Source: an uncultured delta proteobacterium
GTDB taxonomy: Bacteria; Myxococcota; Kuafuiibacteriia; Kuafuiibacteriales; Kuafuiibacteriaceae
Direction of reading: 5' to 3'
DNA: 64,000 bases
Assembly (NCBI GenBank): GCA_963803435.1
Contig: CAWDML010000003.1
Coordinates: 1,024,001 to 1,088,000 of the forward strand
The position numbers and the translations under genes were made by a program. The stretch's first letter is position 1. Each line of letters opens with the position of its first letter. This document shows, one piece after another, positions 40,288 to 51,345 of this stretch. Below the pieces are notes generated by a model. The model did not search any database. It had not been told where the DNA came from and worked only from the letters and a program-made list of their open reading frames with translations.

Positions 40288-41299
40288 ATGCGCCCGGGCA
40301 ACGTCCCCCAGATCCACGGGCTCGGCGCCGTCGCGATCGGGCGAAACGAAGGCGAACGCTTGCGCCGCTGTCTCGTCTCGTTGATCGAGCGCGTGGAGCA
40401 CACGGTGTACGTCGACTCGGGATCGACCGACGGGAGCGTCGAGCTGGCACGGTCGCTGGGGGTCGCGGTGGTCGCCCTGGATCTCTCGGTGCCGTTCACC
40501 GCGGCGCGCGCCCGGAACGAGGGGTGGACCGCGCTCCGCCGCGTGCATCCGGACCTCGAATACGTTCAGTTCGTCGACGGCGACTGCGAGGTGGTGGAGG
40601 GCTGGCTCGAAACCGCGCACGCGACCCTGGCCGGCCGTCCCCAGCTGGGCGTGGTGTGCGGGCGCCGCCGGGAGCGCTTCCCGGAGGCGTCGATCTACAA
40701 CCGGCTGGCGGACATCGAGTGGGACACGCCCGTCGGAGAGGCCGACGCCTGCGGCGGTGATGCGATGATGCGGCTGGCCGCGCTGGTGGAGGTGGGCGGA
40801 TTCGATCCCACCGTGATCGCCGGCGAGGAGCCGGAGCTCTGCGTGCGGCTCCGCCGGGCCGGTTGGCGGATCGAGCGGCTCGGCACCGAGATGACGCTGC
40901 ACGACGCCGCGATGAGCCACTTCTCCCAGTGGTGGCGGCGCGCGCTGCGGGCCGGCCACTCCTTCGCCGAGGGCGCGCATCGTCACGGTGGTGCGCCCGA
41001 GCGTCACTGGGTGAGGGAGTCGCGGCGGATTCTGGCTTTACGGGGCGGTGCTCCCGGTGCTCGCGATCGGCGGTGCGCTCCCGACCTTCGGGCTCAGCCT
41101 GGGGCTCTTCGCAGGCTACCCGGTCAGCGCCTATCGGGCGTATCGAGCGGCCCGCCGGCGCGGCCGCTCCGAGGAGGAGGCCATCCTGTACGGGATCGCG
41201 TGCACCGTGGGAAAGTTTCCCGAGGCGTTCGGCGCCGCGCGCTTTCATTGGGGACGGACGGTGGGACGAAGATCCGGCTTGATCGAGTACAAGAGGTGA
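40288..41299 (+). CDS. GT2 glycosyltransferase, apparent frameshift near 41040
   Basis: IGRNEG, YVDSGSTDGS, FTAARARN, QFVDGD, AGEEPELC; the C-terminal membrane part continues in the 41048..41299 frame. Confidence 0.88.
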
Positions 41300-41300
41300 G

Positions 41301-42053
41301 GTGGGACCCACCGTGCTCCTGAACGCGGTCCGCATCACCAACGTCTCCATGAACGAGGCGCTGGCGATGATCGAGGCGGCGGTGCGGACGGGCGAGCGGC
41401 GCTGCGGCTTCTTCGTCAACGCCGATTGCATGAACATCAGCGCCCGCGATCCCGATTACCACCGGATCCTCGGCCGCGAGGACGCCTGGGTCTTCGGTGA
41501 CGGCGCGGGGATCCGGCTGGCCGGCGCCATCAGCCGCCAGCCGTTGCGCGACAACGTCAACGGCACCGACATGTTCCCGCTGCTCTGCAACCGATGCGCC
41601 TCGAACGGGCAGCGGCTCTTTCTCCTGGGCGCCCGCCCGCAGGTGGCGGACGATGTCGCGCGACGCATGTCCGCTCTCCACCCCGGCCTCCAGATCGCCG
41701 GCACACATCACGGTTATTTCGCGCACGAGGACTGTGAGGGCGTGCTCGACGCGATCAACACCTCCGGCGCCGACATCGTGCTGGTGGCCTTCGGAGCTCC
41801 CCTCCAGGAGCGGTTCATCGCCCGACATCGCGAGCGACTGCGCGCGCCGGTGGTGATGGGCGTCGGCGGGCTCTTCGACTTCTACTCGGGCCGGATCCCG
41901 CGAGCGCCACGGCTGGTCCGCGACGTCTCTCTCGAGTGGGCCTGGCGCCTGGCGATGGAGCCGCGGCGGATGTGGCGCCGCTACCTGGTGGGCAACTTCA
42001 CGTTCATCGGGCGCGTCCTGTGGTGGGAGCTGGGACGGAGGAACGTCCGGTGA
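41301..42053 (+). CDS. WecB/TagA/CpsF glycosyltransferase
   Basis: DGAGI, VNGTD, FLLG, IAGTHHGYF, VAFGAPLQE, GVGGLFDF, RAP, EPRRMWRRY. Confidence 0.93.
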   Translation: MGPTVLLNAVRITNVSMNEALAMIEAAVRTGERRCGFFVNADCMNISARDPDYHRILGREDAWVFGDGAGIRLAGAISRQPLRDNVNGTDMFPLLCNRCASNGQRLFLLGARPQVADDVARRMSALHPGLQIAGTHHGYFAHEDCEGVLDAINTSGADIVLVAFGAPLQERFIARHRERLRAPVVMGVGGLFDFYSGRIPRAPRLVRDVSLEWAWRLAMEPRRMWRRYLVGNFTFIGRVLWWELGRRNVR

Positions 42054-43261
42054 GCATGCTGCTCTACCCGATCGAGCTCGGCCTCCTGGTCTTGACCGGG
42101 CTCCTCGCCATCCCCAGCCTCGTCTTCTTCTTCGAGTGCACCGCCTCGCTGCTACCGGAGCCGCGGACGAAGGAGGAGGGCGAGGCGAGCGAGCCGAGCA
42201 CGGTCATCGTGGTCCCGGCGCACGACGAGGCTGCCGGGATCGCGGCGACGCTCGAGTCGCTCGACAAGGCGCGCGGGGAGAAGCAGCGCATCCTGGTGGT
42301 GGCGGACAACTGCACCGACGATACGGCTGGCATCGCCCGCGCGAGCGGCGCCGAATCGATCGAGCGGACCGACCAGGAGCACCGCGGCAAAGGCCACGCG
42401 ATCGTGTTCGCGCTCGATCACCTCGCTGCCGATCCGCCCGAGGTCGTGATCATCGTCGACGCCGACTGCCGGGCCGGCGAGGGAGCGATGCGGACGCTGG
42501 CGCGGCGCGCCCACGAGACGGATCGCCCGGTGCAGGCCGACTACGTGATGGGCCCGCCGGCGAAGCACACCCCGATGAGCGTGGTCTCGGGCCTCGCCGT
42601 GCTGGTGAAGAACAAGGTCCGGCCGGCCGGACTCCGCAAGCTCGGGCTGCCCTGCCACCTCACCGGCAGCGGGATGGCGTTCCCGTGGGACGTGATCCGG
42701 AAGGCGCCGCCGACCGAGTCGTATCTGGTCGAGGACATGCTGATCGGCATCGAGCTGGCGCACCTCGGCCATCCGCCCCTCTCCTGCGCCGAAGCCGAGG
42801 TCACCAGCGAGCTCCCCGAGCGCGACGAGGCCGCGCAGGGCCAGCGCCGCCGCTGGGAGCATGGCCACCTCTCGACGCTGTTCGACCGCGGCCCGCGCCT
42901 CGTGCTGCAGGGCGTCCTCCGCGGCGACCTCGATCTGCTGGCGATGGGGTTCGACCTGCTGGTCCCTCCGATGGCCCTCCAGGTGATGCTGTTGATCGCC
43001 GCCGTCGGGCTGTCGTTCGGGGGCTGGGCGATCGGCTTGTCGTACCTGCCGCTCACGACCGCGGCCTTCTCGCTGTCGCTGGTCGCGGTTGCCGTGATGG
43101 TCGCGTGGCTCGCCTACGGGCGAAAGACGCTCCCGTTTCGCTATCTGGCCTTCGTCCCGTTGTATCTGGTGTGGAAGATACCGCTGTATCTCGCGTTCTT
43201 CTTTCGGAGAAAGCAGCGCACCTGGGAACGCACCGAGCGCAAGGCTGAGCCTAAAGGCTAA
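42050..43261 (+). CDS. GT2 glycosyltransferase with QRRRW motif
   Basis: VPAHDE, VADNCTDDT, GKG, VDAD, GSGM, LVED, QRRRWEHG; flanking TMs. Confidence 0.92.
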   Translation: MSMLLYPIELGLLVLTGLLAIPSLVFFFECTASLLPEPRTKEEGEASEPSTVIVVPAHDEAAGIAATLESLDKARGEKQRILVVADNCTDDTAGIARASGAESIERTDQEHRGKGHAIVFALDHLAADPPEVVIIVDADCRAGEGAMRTLARRAHETDRPVQADYVMGPPAKHTPMSVVSGLAVLVKNKVRPAGLRKLGLPCHLTGSGMAFPWDVIRKAPPTESYLVEDMLIGIELAHLGHPPLSCAEAEVTSELPERDEAAQGQRRRWEHGHLSTLFDRGPRLVLQGVLRGDLDLLAMGFDLLVPPMALQVMLLIAAVGLSFGGWAIGLSYLPLTTAAFSLSLVAVAVMVAWLAYGRKTLPFRYLAFVPLYLVWKIPLYLAFFFRRKQRTWERTERKAEPKG

Positions 43262-43399
43262 CCAGACTCCACGTCCCGGGGACAGGACAGCACGAAGGAA
43301 GAAAATGGGCCCGGGCTCTGCTGGGCTCCAACCGTCGACAGTCCACGGTTGACAGTCGACAGATTCGGACGCGGTTTCGAGTTGGTTGCGCGGGTCAGC

Positions 43400-43477
43400 C
43401 GGGCGTCTATTGGATGCCGGTGTACGAAGTGCTCGAGGGGGCTATCGACATGGTGATCGGCAACGCGCACCACATGA
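43400..43477 (+). pseudogene. IS110-family transposase fragment
   Basis: Reads GVYWMPVYEVLEGAIDMVIGNAHHM, matching the STGxYWxPVxxxLE...NxxH segment of the IS110 DEDD domain. Confidence 0.55.
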
Positions 43478-43758
43478 GCAAGGCGGTCTACGCCCGCAGG
43501 AAGAGTATCGTCGAACCGGCGCTCGGACAGATCAAAGCGGCACGAGGATTCCGCCGGTTCTCGCTCCGCTCCTTCTTCAAGGTACGAGCCGAGTGGACGC
43601 TCGTCTGCCTCACCCACAACCTGCTCAAGCTCTACCGATCGAAGCTCGCGACTGTCGCGAGCGTCTGACTCAAGGCAGCCATCTTCAGATCGGGACCCGG
43701 ACCGGGACCGGGACCCGGACCGGGGTCGCGTGAGCGCTTACGCGCTCCACGCTCCTAG
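43478..43758 (+). mobile_element. IS1182-family transposase C-terminal fragment plus right end
   Basis: Near-identical copy of 60766-61052 (Y.RRKSIVEPALGQIK..RGFRRFSLR...EW.LVCLTHNLLKL), hexamer array and terminal GCTCCTAG. Confidence 0.85.
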
Positions 43759-43932
43759 CGAGGCTGCCTCAAACGCTCGACCCTTGTGCGGGATCTGTAG
43801 AGCATCCGGCTGATCTCGTCGATCTCGCTTGCTGACCCGCCCAGGGACGCAAGATCGCGCTCTTCATGACCACTGATCTTGCTGTCGGCTCGCACCTGAA
43901 GACTGCGAGCCCCAGCGGTCGCCCGAAGACTC

Positions 43933-44613
43933 CTAGCGATCCAGCTTCCCCGCGTGGCGGACGTCCTTGCCCTTCACCATGAAGATCACCTGCTCGGCGA
44001 GGTTCGTGCTGTGATCGGCCATCCGCTCGAGCCACTTGGCGACCGACTGGACGTGGATGCCGCGCTCGACGGTGGTCGAGTCCTTGATCATGACGGCGAG
44101 GACGTCGCGGAAGACGCGGGTGTAGAGCTGATCGACCTCGGCGTCGCGGGCGATGACCTGCTGCGCGCGGTCGGCGTCGGCAGCGACGAAGGCGTCGATG
44201 GACTCGCGGACCATCGACTCCACGATCTCGGCCATGCGCGGGATGTCTTCCCAGGGCTTGAGCTGCGGCACCGTAGAAAGATCGATGGCGCGCTCACAGA
44301 TGTTGACCGCGAGGTCGCCGATGCGTTCGAGGTCGGTGACCATCTTGAGCGCGAGCGTGACGAAGCGGAGGTCGGAGGCCATCGGCTGGCGCTTCGCGAG
44401 GATGATCAGGCAGAGCTCGTCGATGGCGAGCTCGGCTCGGTTGACCTTGTGGTCGGACTCGATGGTGGCGCGCGCGAGATCGGGATCGCGCTCGATCAGC
44501 GCCTTGACCGAGTCGGCGATCATCTGCTCGACCCGGCCCGCCATCAGCAGCAGACCCTCGCGGAGCCCCCGGAGCTGATTCTCGTACTCTCGGTCGGTGT
44601 GGCTCTTGCGCAT
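43933..44613 (-). CDS. phoU: phosphate signalling protein PhoU
   Basis: RQPMASDLR, DLERIGDLAVNI, LERMADHSTNLAE. Confidence 0.96.
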   Translation of the reverse strand: MRKSHTDREYENQLRGLREGLLLMAGRVEQMIADSVKALIERDPDLARATIESDHKVNRAELAIDELCLIILAKRQPMASDLRFVTLALKMVTDLERIGDLAVNICERAIDLSTVPQLKPWEDIPRMAEIVESMVRESIDAFVAADADRAQQVIARDAEVDQLYTRVFRDVLAVMIKDSTTVERGIHVQSVAKWLERMADHSTNLAEQVIFMVKGKDVRHAGKLDR

Positions 44614-44616
44614 GGA

Positions 44617-45369
44617 TCAGCCGAACTTGCCGGTGATGTAGTCCTCGGTTCTCGAATCCCCCGGCGAGGTGAAGATGCGATCGGTCTCAGCGTACTCGAC
44701 AAGCTCACCGGAAAGGAAGAAAGCGGTCCGCTGCGACACGCGTGCGGCCTGCTGCATGTTGTGGGTGACGACGATGATCGTGTAGCGCTCTTTCAGTTGA
44801 TGGATGAGGTCTTCGATCCGCGCGGTGGCCACCGGGTCGAGGGCGGAGCAGGGCTCGTCCATGAGGAGCACCTCGGGCTCGACGGCGAGGGCCCGGGCGA
44901 TGCAGAGCCGCTGTTGCTGTCCGCCCGAGAGCCCAATGCCTGGATTTTCCAGTCGATCTTTGACCTCTTCCCACAGGGCGGCCTGCTCGAGCGCCCGCTC
45001 GAGGATGCCGTCGGCGGAGGCGCGGTCGAGGCGGCCGGTGAGGCGGAGACCGGCCAGGACGTTGTCCCGGATCGACATCGTCGGAAACGGGTTCGGTTTC
45101 TGGAAGACCATCCCGACCCGGCGGCGGAGCTGGACCGGGTGGACGTTCGGCCCGTAGACGTCCTCGCCGTCCAAGAGGACCCGGCCCTCGATGCGGGCGC
45201 CCGGGACGATCTCGTGCATACGGTTGAGGCAGCGGATGAACGTCGACTTGCCGCAGCCGGACGGACCGATGATCGCCGTGACCTCGCACGCGGGGATCGC
45301 CAGATTGATCCCGCGCAAGACCTCATGCGATCCGAACCATGCGCGCACGTGCTCGGTGTCGACCTTCAC
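44617..45369 (-). CDS. pstB: phosphate ABC transporter ATPase
   Basis: [59 protein letters not shown]. Confidence 0.97.
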   Translation of the reverse strand: MKVDTEHVRAWFGSHEVLRGINLAIPACEVTAIIGPSGCGKSTFIRCLNRMHEIVPGARIEGRVLLDGEDVYGPNVHPVQLRRRVGMVFQKPNPFPTMSIRDNVLAGLRLTGRLDRASADGILERALEQAALWEEVKDRLENPGIGLSGGQQQRLCIARALAVEPEVLLMDEPCSALDPVATARIEDLIHQLKERYTIIVVTHNMQQAARVSQRTAFFLSGELVEYAETDRIFTSPGDSRTEDYITGKFG

Positions 45370-46202
45370 TCGGTGGTCCTCCGCTGGAGTCGACTCCGGA
45401 CGACGATCGCGGCCAGGTTGAGCAGGAGCATCAGCAGCAGCAGGACGATGATCCCGGCGGCGGCGTTCTGGAGGAAGGCCCGCTGCGGGCGCGAGACCCA
45501 GTTGAAGATCTGGATCGGGAGCGCCGTGAACGGCGAGGTCGGGCCGTTCGGCAGGAACGTGACGTAAGCGAGCGCGCCGACCACGATCAGCGGCGCAGTC
45601 TCCCCGATCGCGCGAGAGGTGGCGAGGATCGCACCGGTGAGGATGCCCGGCAGCGCCATCGGAAGGACCACGCGGCGGATCGTCTGCCAGCGGGTTGCGC
45701 CCAGCGCATAGCAGGCCTCGCGGATCCCCAGCGGGACGCTCCGGAGAGCCTCGCGGGAGGCGATGATCACGAGAGGCAGGACCAGCAACGCCATGGTGAA
45801 GGCGCCGGCGAGTAGGCTGCGACCCATTCCGAGCGTCCGCACGAAGACCCCCAGTCCGAGCAGGCCGTAGATGATCGAGGGGACGCCGGCGAGGTTCGCG
45901 ATGTTGATCTCGATGAGGCTCGCGAGGCGGCCCCGCTGGCCGTACTCCTCGAGGTAGATGGCGGCGCCCACGCCGATCGGCAGCGCGACCGCGGCGGTCA
46001 TTGCGATCAGGTAGGCGCTGCCCACCAAGCCGGGCAGGATCCCGGCGAGCGCCGCGCGGCGCGACGGGAACCCGAGGATGAACGAGAGATCGAGCCGGCC
46101 GGCGGCGTCGATGAGGAGGTGGCCGACGAGGATCGCGAGCACCGCCAGCGGCAGCAGTACGGCGAACAAGCAGAGCCCGATGAAGACGCGCTCGGATCTC
46201 AC
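45366..46202 (-). CDS. pstA: phosphate ABC transporter permease
   Basis: [39 protein letters not shown]; GTG start 46202. Confidence 0.93.
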   Translation of the reverse strand: MRSERVFIGLCLFAVLLPLAVLAILVGHLLIDAAGRLDLSFILGFPSRRAALAGILPGLVGSAYLIAMTAAVALPIGVGAAIYLEEYGQRGRLASLIEINIANLAGVPSIIYGLLGLGVFVRTLGMGRSLLAGAFTMALLVLPLVIIASREALRSVPLGIREACYALGATRWQTIRRVVLPMALPGILTGAILATSRAIGETAPLIVVGALAYVTFLPNGPTSPFTALPIQIFNWVSRPQRAFLQNAAAGIIVLLLLMLLLNLAAIVVRSRLQRRTTE

Positions 46203-47081
46203 GCGGCGGCCCGGAAGCGGCTTCGGAGTCGCTGGCTCATCAGGTTCATGGCGAAGGTCAGGACGAAGAGCGCGGTCCCCACGACGAAGATGGTGCGGTA
46301 CTCGAGCGAGCCGGCGGGCGTGTCGCCGAGACTGACCTGGACGATGTAGGCGGTCATCGTCTCCACCGGAACGCGGGGATCGAGCGTCAGCCGCGGCTGC
46401 TGGCCCGCGGCGATCGCCACGATCATCGTCTCGCCGATCGCGCGCGAGATCGCCAGGATCACGGAGGCCGCGATCCCCGAGAGCGCCGACGGCAGGACCA
46501 CGCGGAAGATCGCGGGCAGCCGTCCCGAGCCCAGCGCGTAGGCGGCCTCCCGGAGGCTGTTGGGGACGGAGAAGAGCGCGTCCTCTCCGAGCGAGGAGAT
46601 CATCGGAATGATCATCGATCCCCATGACCAGGCCGGCGCTGAGCGAGTTGAAGCCCGCCAGACCCGGGATCACCTTCTGGAGCAGCGGCGTCACCAGCAC
46701 GAGCGCAAAGTAGCCGAACACGATCGTCGGCACGCCCGCCAGGACCTCGAGGGCCGGCTTGAGGATCCGGCGGAGGTGCTGGGGGGCAAACTCGCTGAGG
46801 TAGATGGCCGCCAAGAGCCCGCAGGGGAGAGCCACCGCGATCGCGATCGCCGAGGTGAGGAACGTGCCCGCGACCAGGGGCCAGATCCCGAAGTGCTTGT
46901 CCGCGAACAGCGGTGTCCACTCGGTGTCGCCGAGGAAGGCGAACAGCGGGACCTCGGCGAAGAACTCGTACGTCTCGAAGGCGAGCACGCCCAGGATTCC
47001 GGCGGTGGTGAGGATCGAGACCAGGCCGCAGGCGAGCAGCGCCAGCTCGATCAGACGCTCGCGCCCGCTACTTCCGGGCAA
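46199..47081 (-). CDS. pstC: phosphate ABC transporter permease, apparent frameshift near 46617
   Basis: [31 protein letters not shown], then [24 protein letters not shown] in the 46199..46615 frame. Confidence 0.92.
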
Positions 47082-48057
47082 GCAGCGCCTCGACAGTCAC
47101 GCCGACCTTCGCGCCGCCGCCGTCGAACACCGAGCCGGTGATCCGGTCGTGGAGACGCCGGCGAACGAGCGTGTACGCGCGGTCGGGGAGGGGAAGGTAT
47201 CCGACCTCGGCGACCAGCTCGCGCGCGTGGTCGAGGTAGAAGTCGGCAAAGGCCTGGACCTCGGGACGCTCGACCGCGCTTCGCTTCACGTAGATGAACA
47301 GGGGGCGCGAGAGCGGCTGATACGTGCCGTTCGCGACGGTGACCTTCGAGGGCGCGATCGGGCCCTCGCCGTCGTCCGCGCGGCCGTCGTCGATCGGGAC
47401 CAGCTTCAGCCGGTCCTGGTTCTCGAAGTAGTACGCGAACCCGAAGAACCCGAGCGCCAGCGGGTCGGTCGAGATCCCCTGGACCAGCATGTTGTCGTCT
47501 TCGCTCGAGGTGTAGTCGCCGCGGCTCGAGTGCTCGGTGCCGACGATCGCCTCGGTGAAATAGTCGTAGGTTCCAGAGTCGACGCCGGGCCCGAACAGGT
47601 GGATCTCGCGGTCGGGCCAGCCGGTCCGCACCTGGGACCAGCGCGTGACCTTTCGCTGCGCGTCGGGCTCCCACAACGTCTTCAGCTCGCCGACCGTCAG
47701 GTGATCGACCCAGTCGTTCTTCGCGTGCACGACCAGCGCCAGGCCGTCGTAAGCGATCGGGAGCTCGATGTACTCGATGCCACTCTTCCGACAAAGCTCG
47801 ACCTCGCTCGGCTCGATCGGGCGGGAGGCGCCGGAGATCGCCGTCTCGCCGCCGCAAAACTTCTTGAACCCGCCGCCGGTCCCCGAGACCCCGACGGTCA
47901 CCCGCTCCGCACCGGTCTTCTGGAACTCCTCGGCGACCGCCTCGGTGATGGGATAGACGGTGCTGGATCCGTCGATGGCGATCACCGCGCCCGGGTGGCT
48001 CTTGCAGCCTACGAAGACGGAGGCGCTCGAGAGGATGAGGAGGGAGAGCGCCTTCAT
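47068..48057 (-). CDS. pstS: phosphate-binding lipoprotein
   Basis: [45 protein letters not shown]. Confidence 0.96.
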   Translation of the reverse strand: MKALSLLILSSASVFVGCKSHPGAVIAIDGSSTVYPITEAVAEEFQKTGAERVTVGVSGTGGGFKKFCGGETAISGASRPIEPSEVELCRKSGIEYIELPIAYDGLALVVHAKNDWVDHLTVGELKTLWEPDAQRKVTRWSQVRTGWPDREIHLFGPGVDSGTYDYFTEAIVGTEHSSRGDYTSSEDDNMLVQGISTDPLALGFFGFAYYFENQDRLKLVPIDDGRADDGEGPIAPSKVTVANGTYQPLSRPLFIYVKRSAVERPEVQAFADFYLDHARELVAEVGYLPLPDRAYTLVRRRLHDRITGSVFDGGGAKVGVTVEALLARK

Positions 48058-49826
48058 GCGTCGGTTGTGACTTCCTCGGGTGACAGAGAGGTGACAGCGG
48101 GGCGAATTCTGACCCAGAAGATCGAACCCTTGGGCGTGGCGGATTCGAAGCCGACCGTGCCGCCCATGGCGTTGGCGAGGTGCTTGACGATCGAGAGCCC
48201 GAGGCCGGTCCCACCGACCTCGCGCGATCGCCCCGGATCGACGCGATAAAAGCGCTCGAAGATCCGCGTGCGATGCCTCGGTTCGACGCCGGGACCGTCG
48301 TCCTCGACCTCGATGTGGACGCCGCCGTCGCTCGATCGGCCGCGCACGACCACGCGCCCGGCCGCGGGCGTATACTTCACGGCGTTCTCGAGCAGGTTGG
48401 TGAGCACGTGCTCGAGCGCCTGGGGATCGGCCTCGGCCTGCAGATCCTTCGGCACCTCGATCTCGACGCGGATGCCTTTCCCCTGCGCCGGCTCGGCGAC
48501 GCTCTCGACGGCGTGGCGAACGATCGGCTCCAGGGAGGTGGGACCGAGCTGGAGCTCGTACTCACCGGCCTCCATGCGAGACAGGTCGAGGAGATCGGCG
48601 ATGATCCGGGAGAGACGCTCGGCGTTGCGATGCACGGCGTCGAGGAAGGCGCGCGCGTGCTTGGGATCGTCGAGGGCGCCACCGAGCAGAGTCTCGGCGT
48701 TCGCGCGGATCACCGCGACCGGCGTGCGCAGCTCGTGCGACACGTTGGCCACGAAGTCCCGGCGGACGGCCTCCAGCCGGCGCATCTCCGTGACATCGTG
48801 GAGCACCACCACGCACCCGCCGCTGGTGCGGAGCGGCGCCGCGCGTGCACCCAGCGTGCGCTTGTCGCCGAGGCTGAACTCACAGAATGCCCGCGTGTCG
48901 GCTCGCGCCACCAGATCGGCCAGCGCCGGGGCGCGCACCGCCTCGAGGAGCGCCTGGCCGGCCGCCGGCGAGATCCCGAGCAGCTCCCGGGCGGCGCGGT
49001 TGGCCCGCAGGATCCGCTGGTGCTCGTCCAGCGCCAGCACGCCCTCGGTCATGTCGTCGAGGATCGTCTCCAGGTGATCGCGCTCGGCCACTAGGTCGGC
49101 GACGGTGCGCTCCAGCTCCGCGATCACCTGGTTGAAGGAGCCGGCGAGCCGCCCCAGCTCGTCGGTCGACGAGACCGGCACGCGACCCTTGCCGCCGGAC
49201 GCGATCGAGCGGGCGCTGTCGACCAGCTCCCCGATGGCGCGCCAGGCGAAGTGCGAGGCCAGCCCGCTCATGAAGACCGCGACGGCGAGCCCCAGGAGCG
49301 CGCCGAACAGGAGCAGGATCCGGAGGTGACCCACCGCTTCGTCGACCTGGGCCAGCGGTGTCGAGACCCGCACGACTCCGGCGTGCGCCTTGGTGCGATA
49401 GGGGACCGCGACGTAGAGCATGTCCGTCCGGATCGTGGTGCTGAAGCGACGGGAGCTCCCGCGGGCCCGGCGCACGGCCTCCTCGACCTCGGGCCGGTGG
49501 CCGTGGTTCTCCAGCTCGGCGACACGCTCCGGCGGGAGCGTCGAGTCCCCCAGCACCACGCCGTTCTCTGCGATGACCGTGACGCGGGCCTCCGTCGACG
49601 CCCCCAGGCGATCGGCGATCGGATCGATGGCAGCGATGGTGGGCTCGGGATCCGCAACCTCGAGGAGGTCCGTGCCGCTGTTCGCGATGATCGTCAGCTC
49701 GGACTCGATCCGGTCCTCGAGCGAGGTGCGCAGGGCGTGCTCCAGATACAGACCGCTGGCCAGCCCCACCGGAAGCATCACGAGCAGCGAGACGACGAAG
49801 AGCTTTCCCCGGACGCCGAGCTTCAA
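48054..49826 (-). CDS. phoR: sensor histidine kinase PhoR
   Basis: TM-periplasmic (ENH..RPEV)-TM-HAMP-PAS; [13 protein letters not shown]; NLLENAVKY; IFERFYRVD; [12 protein letters not shown]. Confidence 0.92.
   Translation of the reverse strand: MKLGVRGKLFVVSLLVMLPVGLASGLYLEHALRTSLEDRIESELTIIANSGTDLLEVADPEPTIAAIDPIADRLGASTEARVTVIAENGVVLGDSTLPPERVAELENHGHRPEVEEAVRRARGSSRRFSTTIRTDMLYVAVPYRTKAHAGVVRVSTPLAQVDEAVGHLRILLLFGALLGLAVAVFMSGLASHFAWRAIGELVDSARSIASGGKGRVPVSSTDELGRLAGSFNQVIAELERTVADLVAERDHLETILDDMTEGVLALDEHQRILRANRAARELLGISPAAGQALLEAVRAPALADLVARADTRAFCEFSLGDKRTLGARAAPLRTSGGCVVVLHDVTEMRRLEAVRRDFVANVSHELRTPVAVIRANAETLLGGALDDPKHARAFLDAVHRNAERLSRIIADLLDLSRMEAGEYELQLGPTSLEPIVRHAVESVAEPAQGKGIRVEIEVPKDLQAEADPQALEHVLTNLLENAVKYTPAAGRVVVRGRSSDGGVHIEVEDDGPGVEPRHRTRIFERFYRVDPGRSREVGGTGLGLSIVKHLANAMGGTVGFESATPKGSIFWVRIRPAVTSLSPEEVTTDA
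48080..48097 (-). promoter_or_regulatory. Pho box (PhoB binding site) for pstS
   Basis: Minus strand CTGTCAC-CTCT-CTGTCAC: 7-bp direct repeats with 11-bp period, 22 nt upstream of the pstS ATG, inside the 3' end of phoR. Confidence 0.8.
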
Positions 49827-50530
49827 GGACGTTCCTCGTCCTGTTGGGCGCGGAAGCGGTAGCCGACGCCCCGGAGCGTCTCGATGTAGTCGCCCGCGGC
49901 GCCCAGCTTCTGTCGCAGCCGCTTGACGTGTGTGTCGACGGTCCGGGTGGTGACGTCGGCGGTGATGCCCCAGACGTCGGAGAGCAGCATCTCCCGCGTC
50001 TGTACGCGACCACGGCGGTTGATGAAGACGAAGAGCAGCTTGAACTCGAGCGCGGTGAGGATGATCTCCTCCGCGTCGACCCAGACGCGATGACCGCTGG
50101 CGTCGATGCGCAGCTTGCCGAAGGCGACCTCGCTGGTCTCGGCGGGCGCCGGGGGTTGCGAGCGCCTCCGGATCGCGCGCACCCGTAGCAGGAGCTCGCG
50201 CACCGAGAATGGCTTGACCACGTAGTCATCGGCGCCGACCTCGAAGCCGACCACGCGATCGATCTCCTCGCCCTTGGCCGTCAGCATCACCACCGGGACG
50301 TGGCGCGTGCAATCGTTCATCTTGAGGTGTCGGCAGACCTCGGTGCCCGAAACGTCCGGCAGCATCAGGTCGAGCAGCACCAGATCGGGGAGCCGTCCGC
50401 GCGAGACCATCTCGATGGCCTGCGCGCCGTCGCGTGCGACCTCGGTCTCGTAGCCCTCGCGTTCGAGGTTGTAGGCGAGCGTGTCGGCGAGATCCTGCTC
50501 GTCCTCGACGATGAGGATCAGGTCCGACAT
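49823..50530 (-). CDS. phoB: OmpR-family response regulator PhoB
   Basis: LIVEDE, LLDLMLP, MLTAKGEE, GADDYVVKPF, RTVDTHVKRLRQKL, TLRGVGY; adjacent to phoR/pst. Confidence 0.92.
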   Translation of the reverse strand: MSDLILIVEDEQDLADTLAYNLEREGYETEVARDGAQAIEMVSRGRLPDLVLLDLMLPDVSGTEVCRHLKMNDCTRHVPVVMLTAKGEEIDRVVGFEVGADDYVVKPFSVRELLLRVRAIRRRSQPPAPAETSEVAFGKLRIDASGHRVWVDAEEIILTALEFKLLFVFINRRGRVQTREMLLSDVWGITADVTTRTVDTHVKRLRQKLGAAGDYIETLRGVGYRFRAQQDEERP

Positions 50531-50545
50531 GGCCTCCCCTTATGT

Positions 50546-51328
50546 CTAGGAGCCTCGGCTGTCCAGCATCGCCTTGAGCGCATAGGCCTCGCGGCACAGG
50601 CCCTTGATCTCCTGGTCCAGGCGGTCCCGCTGCTTCCCAGGCTTCACGTCCATCAGGCGGGCCAGGGCGGCGGCGCAGTGCTCGCTCAACGGCCCGGACT
50701 CGTCGGCCTTTTCGGCCTTGGCGGCCTCGCGGAGGTGGAACTGCACCGTGGCGATCGCGGCCGGACCCTCGCAGAAGGCGGTCGCGCTCTTGAGCAGCTT
50801 CTTCGTCTTCTTGTCCTTCCTCTTGGACTCGCCCACCACGCGCGCGGTGATCCCAATCTTCTTACAAGCCTCCTCCGGATCCCCCTTCTTCTTGGCGGTC
50901 TGGACCGCCTTCTTGAAGTCCGCCTTGAGCGACGACGCGGTGAACATCCGCTTCATCGTGGGCGACAGCTCCGGCATCGGTGGCTCGGGCTCGGCGGCCT
51001 TCTTCATCAGCTTCCGGGACTCGATCGCCTCCGGACAGAACGAGTCGAGCTGCTGGGCGAACTGCTGGAGCTTCACGTCGGACGCGTTCGCTGCCAGCCG
51101 CTCGGCGACCTTGGGCTCGAGCTCGATACATTGATCTCGCCGTTTCGCGCTGTCGCCCGCGCGCTTCGTCTGCACAATCTCGGCGAAGGCGGCTTCGAGC
51201 TCCTTGAGGTCGCTCTTGCCTTTGTCCATCTGGGCCGCCTCGCCCGCCGCGTCGACCGCCTCGCTCGGCTTCTCCTTGGCCTCCGAGCACGCGAACGCCA
51301 GCAGCCCCATCCACAGGATCGATCTCAT
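50546..51328 (-). CDS. Lys/Ala-rich helical lipoprotein with paired Cys
   Basis: MRSILWMGLLAFAC lipobox; two helical halves each containing Cys. Confidence 0.7.
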   Translation of the reverse strand: MRSILWMGLLAFACSEAKEKPSEAVDAAGEAAQMDKGKSDLKELEAAFAEIVQTKRAGDSAKRRDQCIELEPKVAERLAANASDVKLQQFAQQLDSFCPEAIESRKLMKKAAEPEPPMPELSPTMKRMFTASSLKADFKKAVQTAKKKGDPEEACKKIGITARVVGESKRKDKKTKKLLKSATAFCEGPAAIATVQFHLREAAKAEKADESGPLSEHCAAALARLMDVKPGKQRDRLDQEIKGLCREAYALKAMLDSRGS

Positions 51329-51345
51329 CGGCCGCCCTTTTACTG

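Noticed and set aside
31539-47081. Frameshifts in MBOAT (two), CMD, GT2 and pstC as programmed frameshifting or real pseudogenes
   Set aside because: They are scattered over unrelated, otherwise intact genes with no shared slippery motif; long-read or assembly indel errors are the simpler explanation, though read data are needed to confirm.
45366-47081. Apparent PstC-PstA fusion ORF (571 aa)
   Set aside because: An artefact of the pstC frameshift; the middle section is non-homologous and the real PstC C-terminus lies in another frame.
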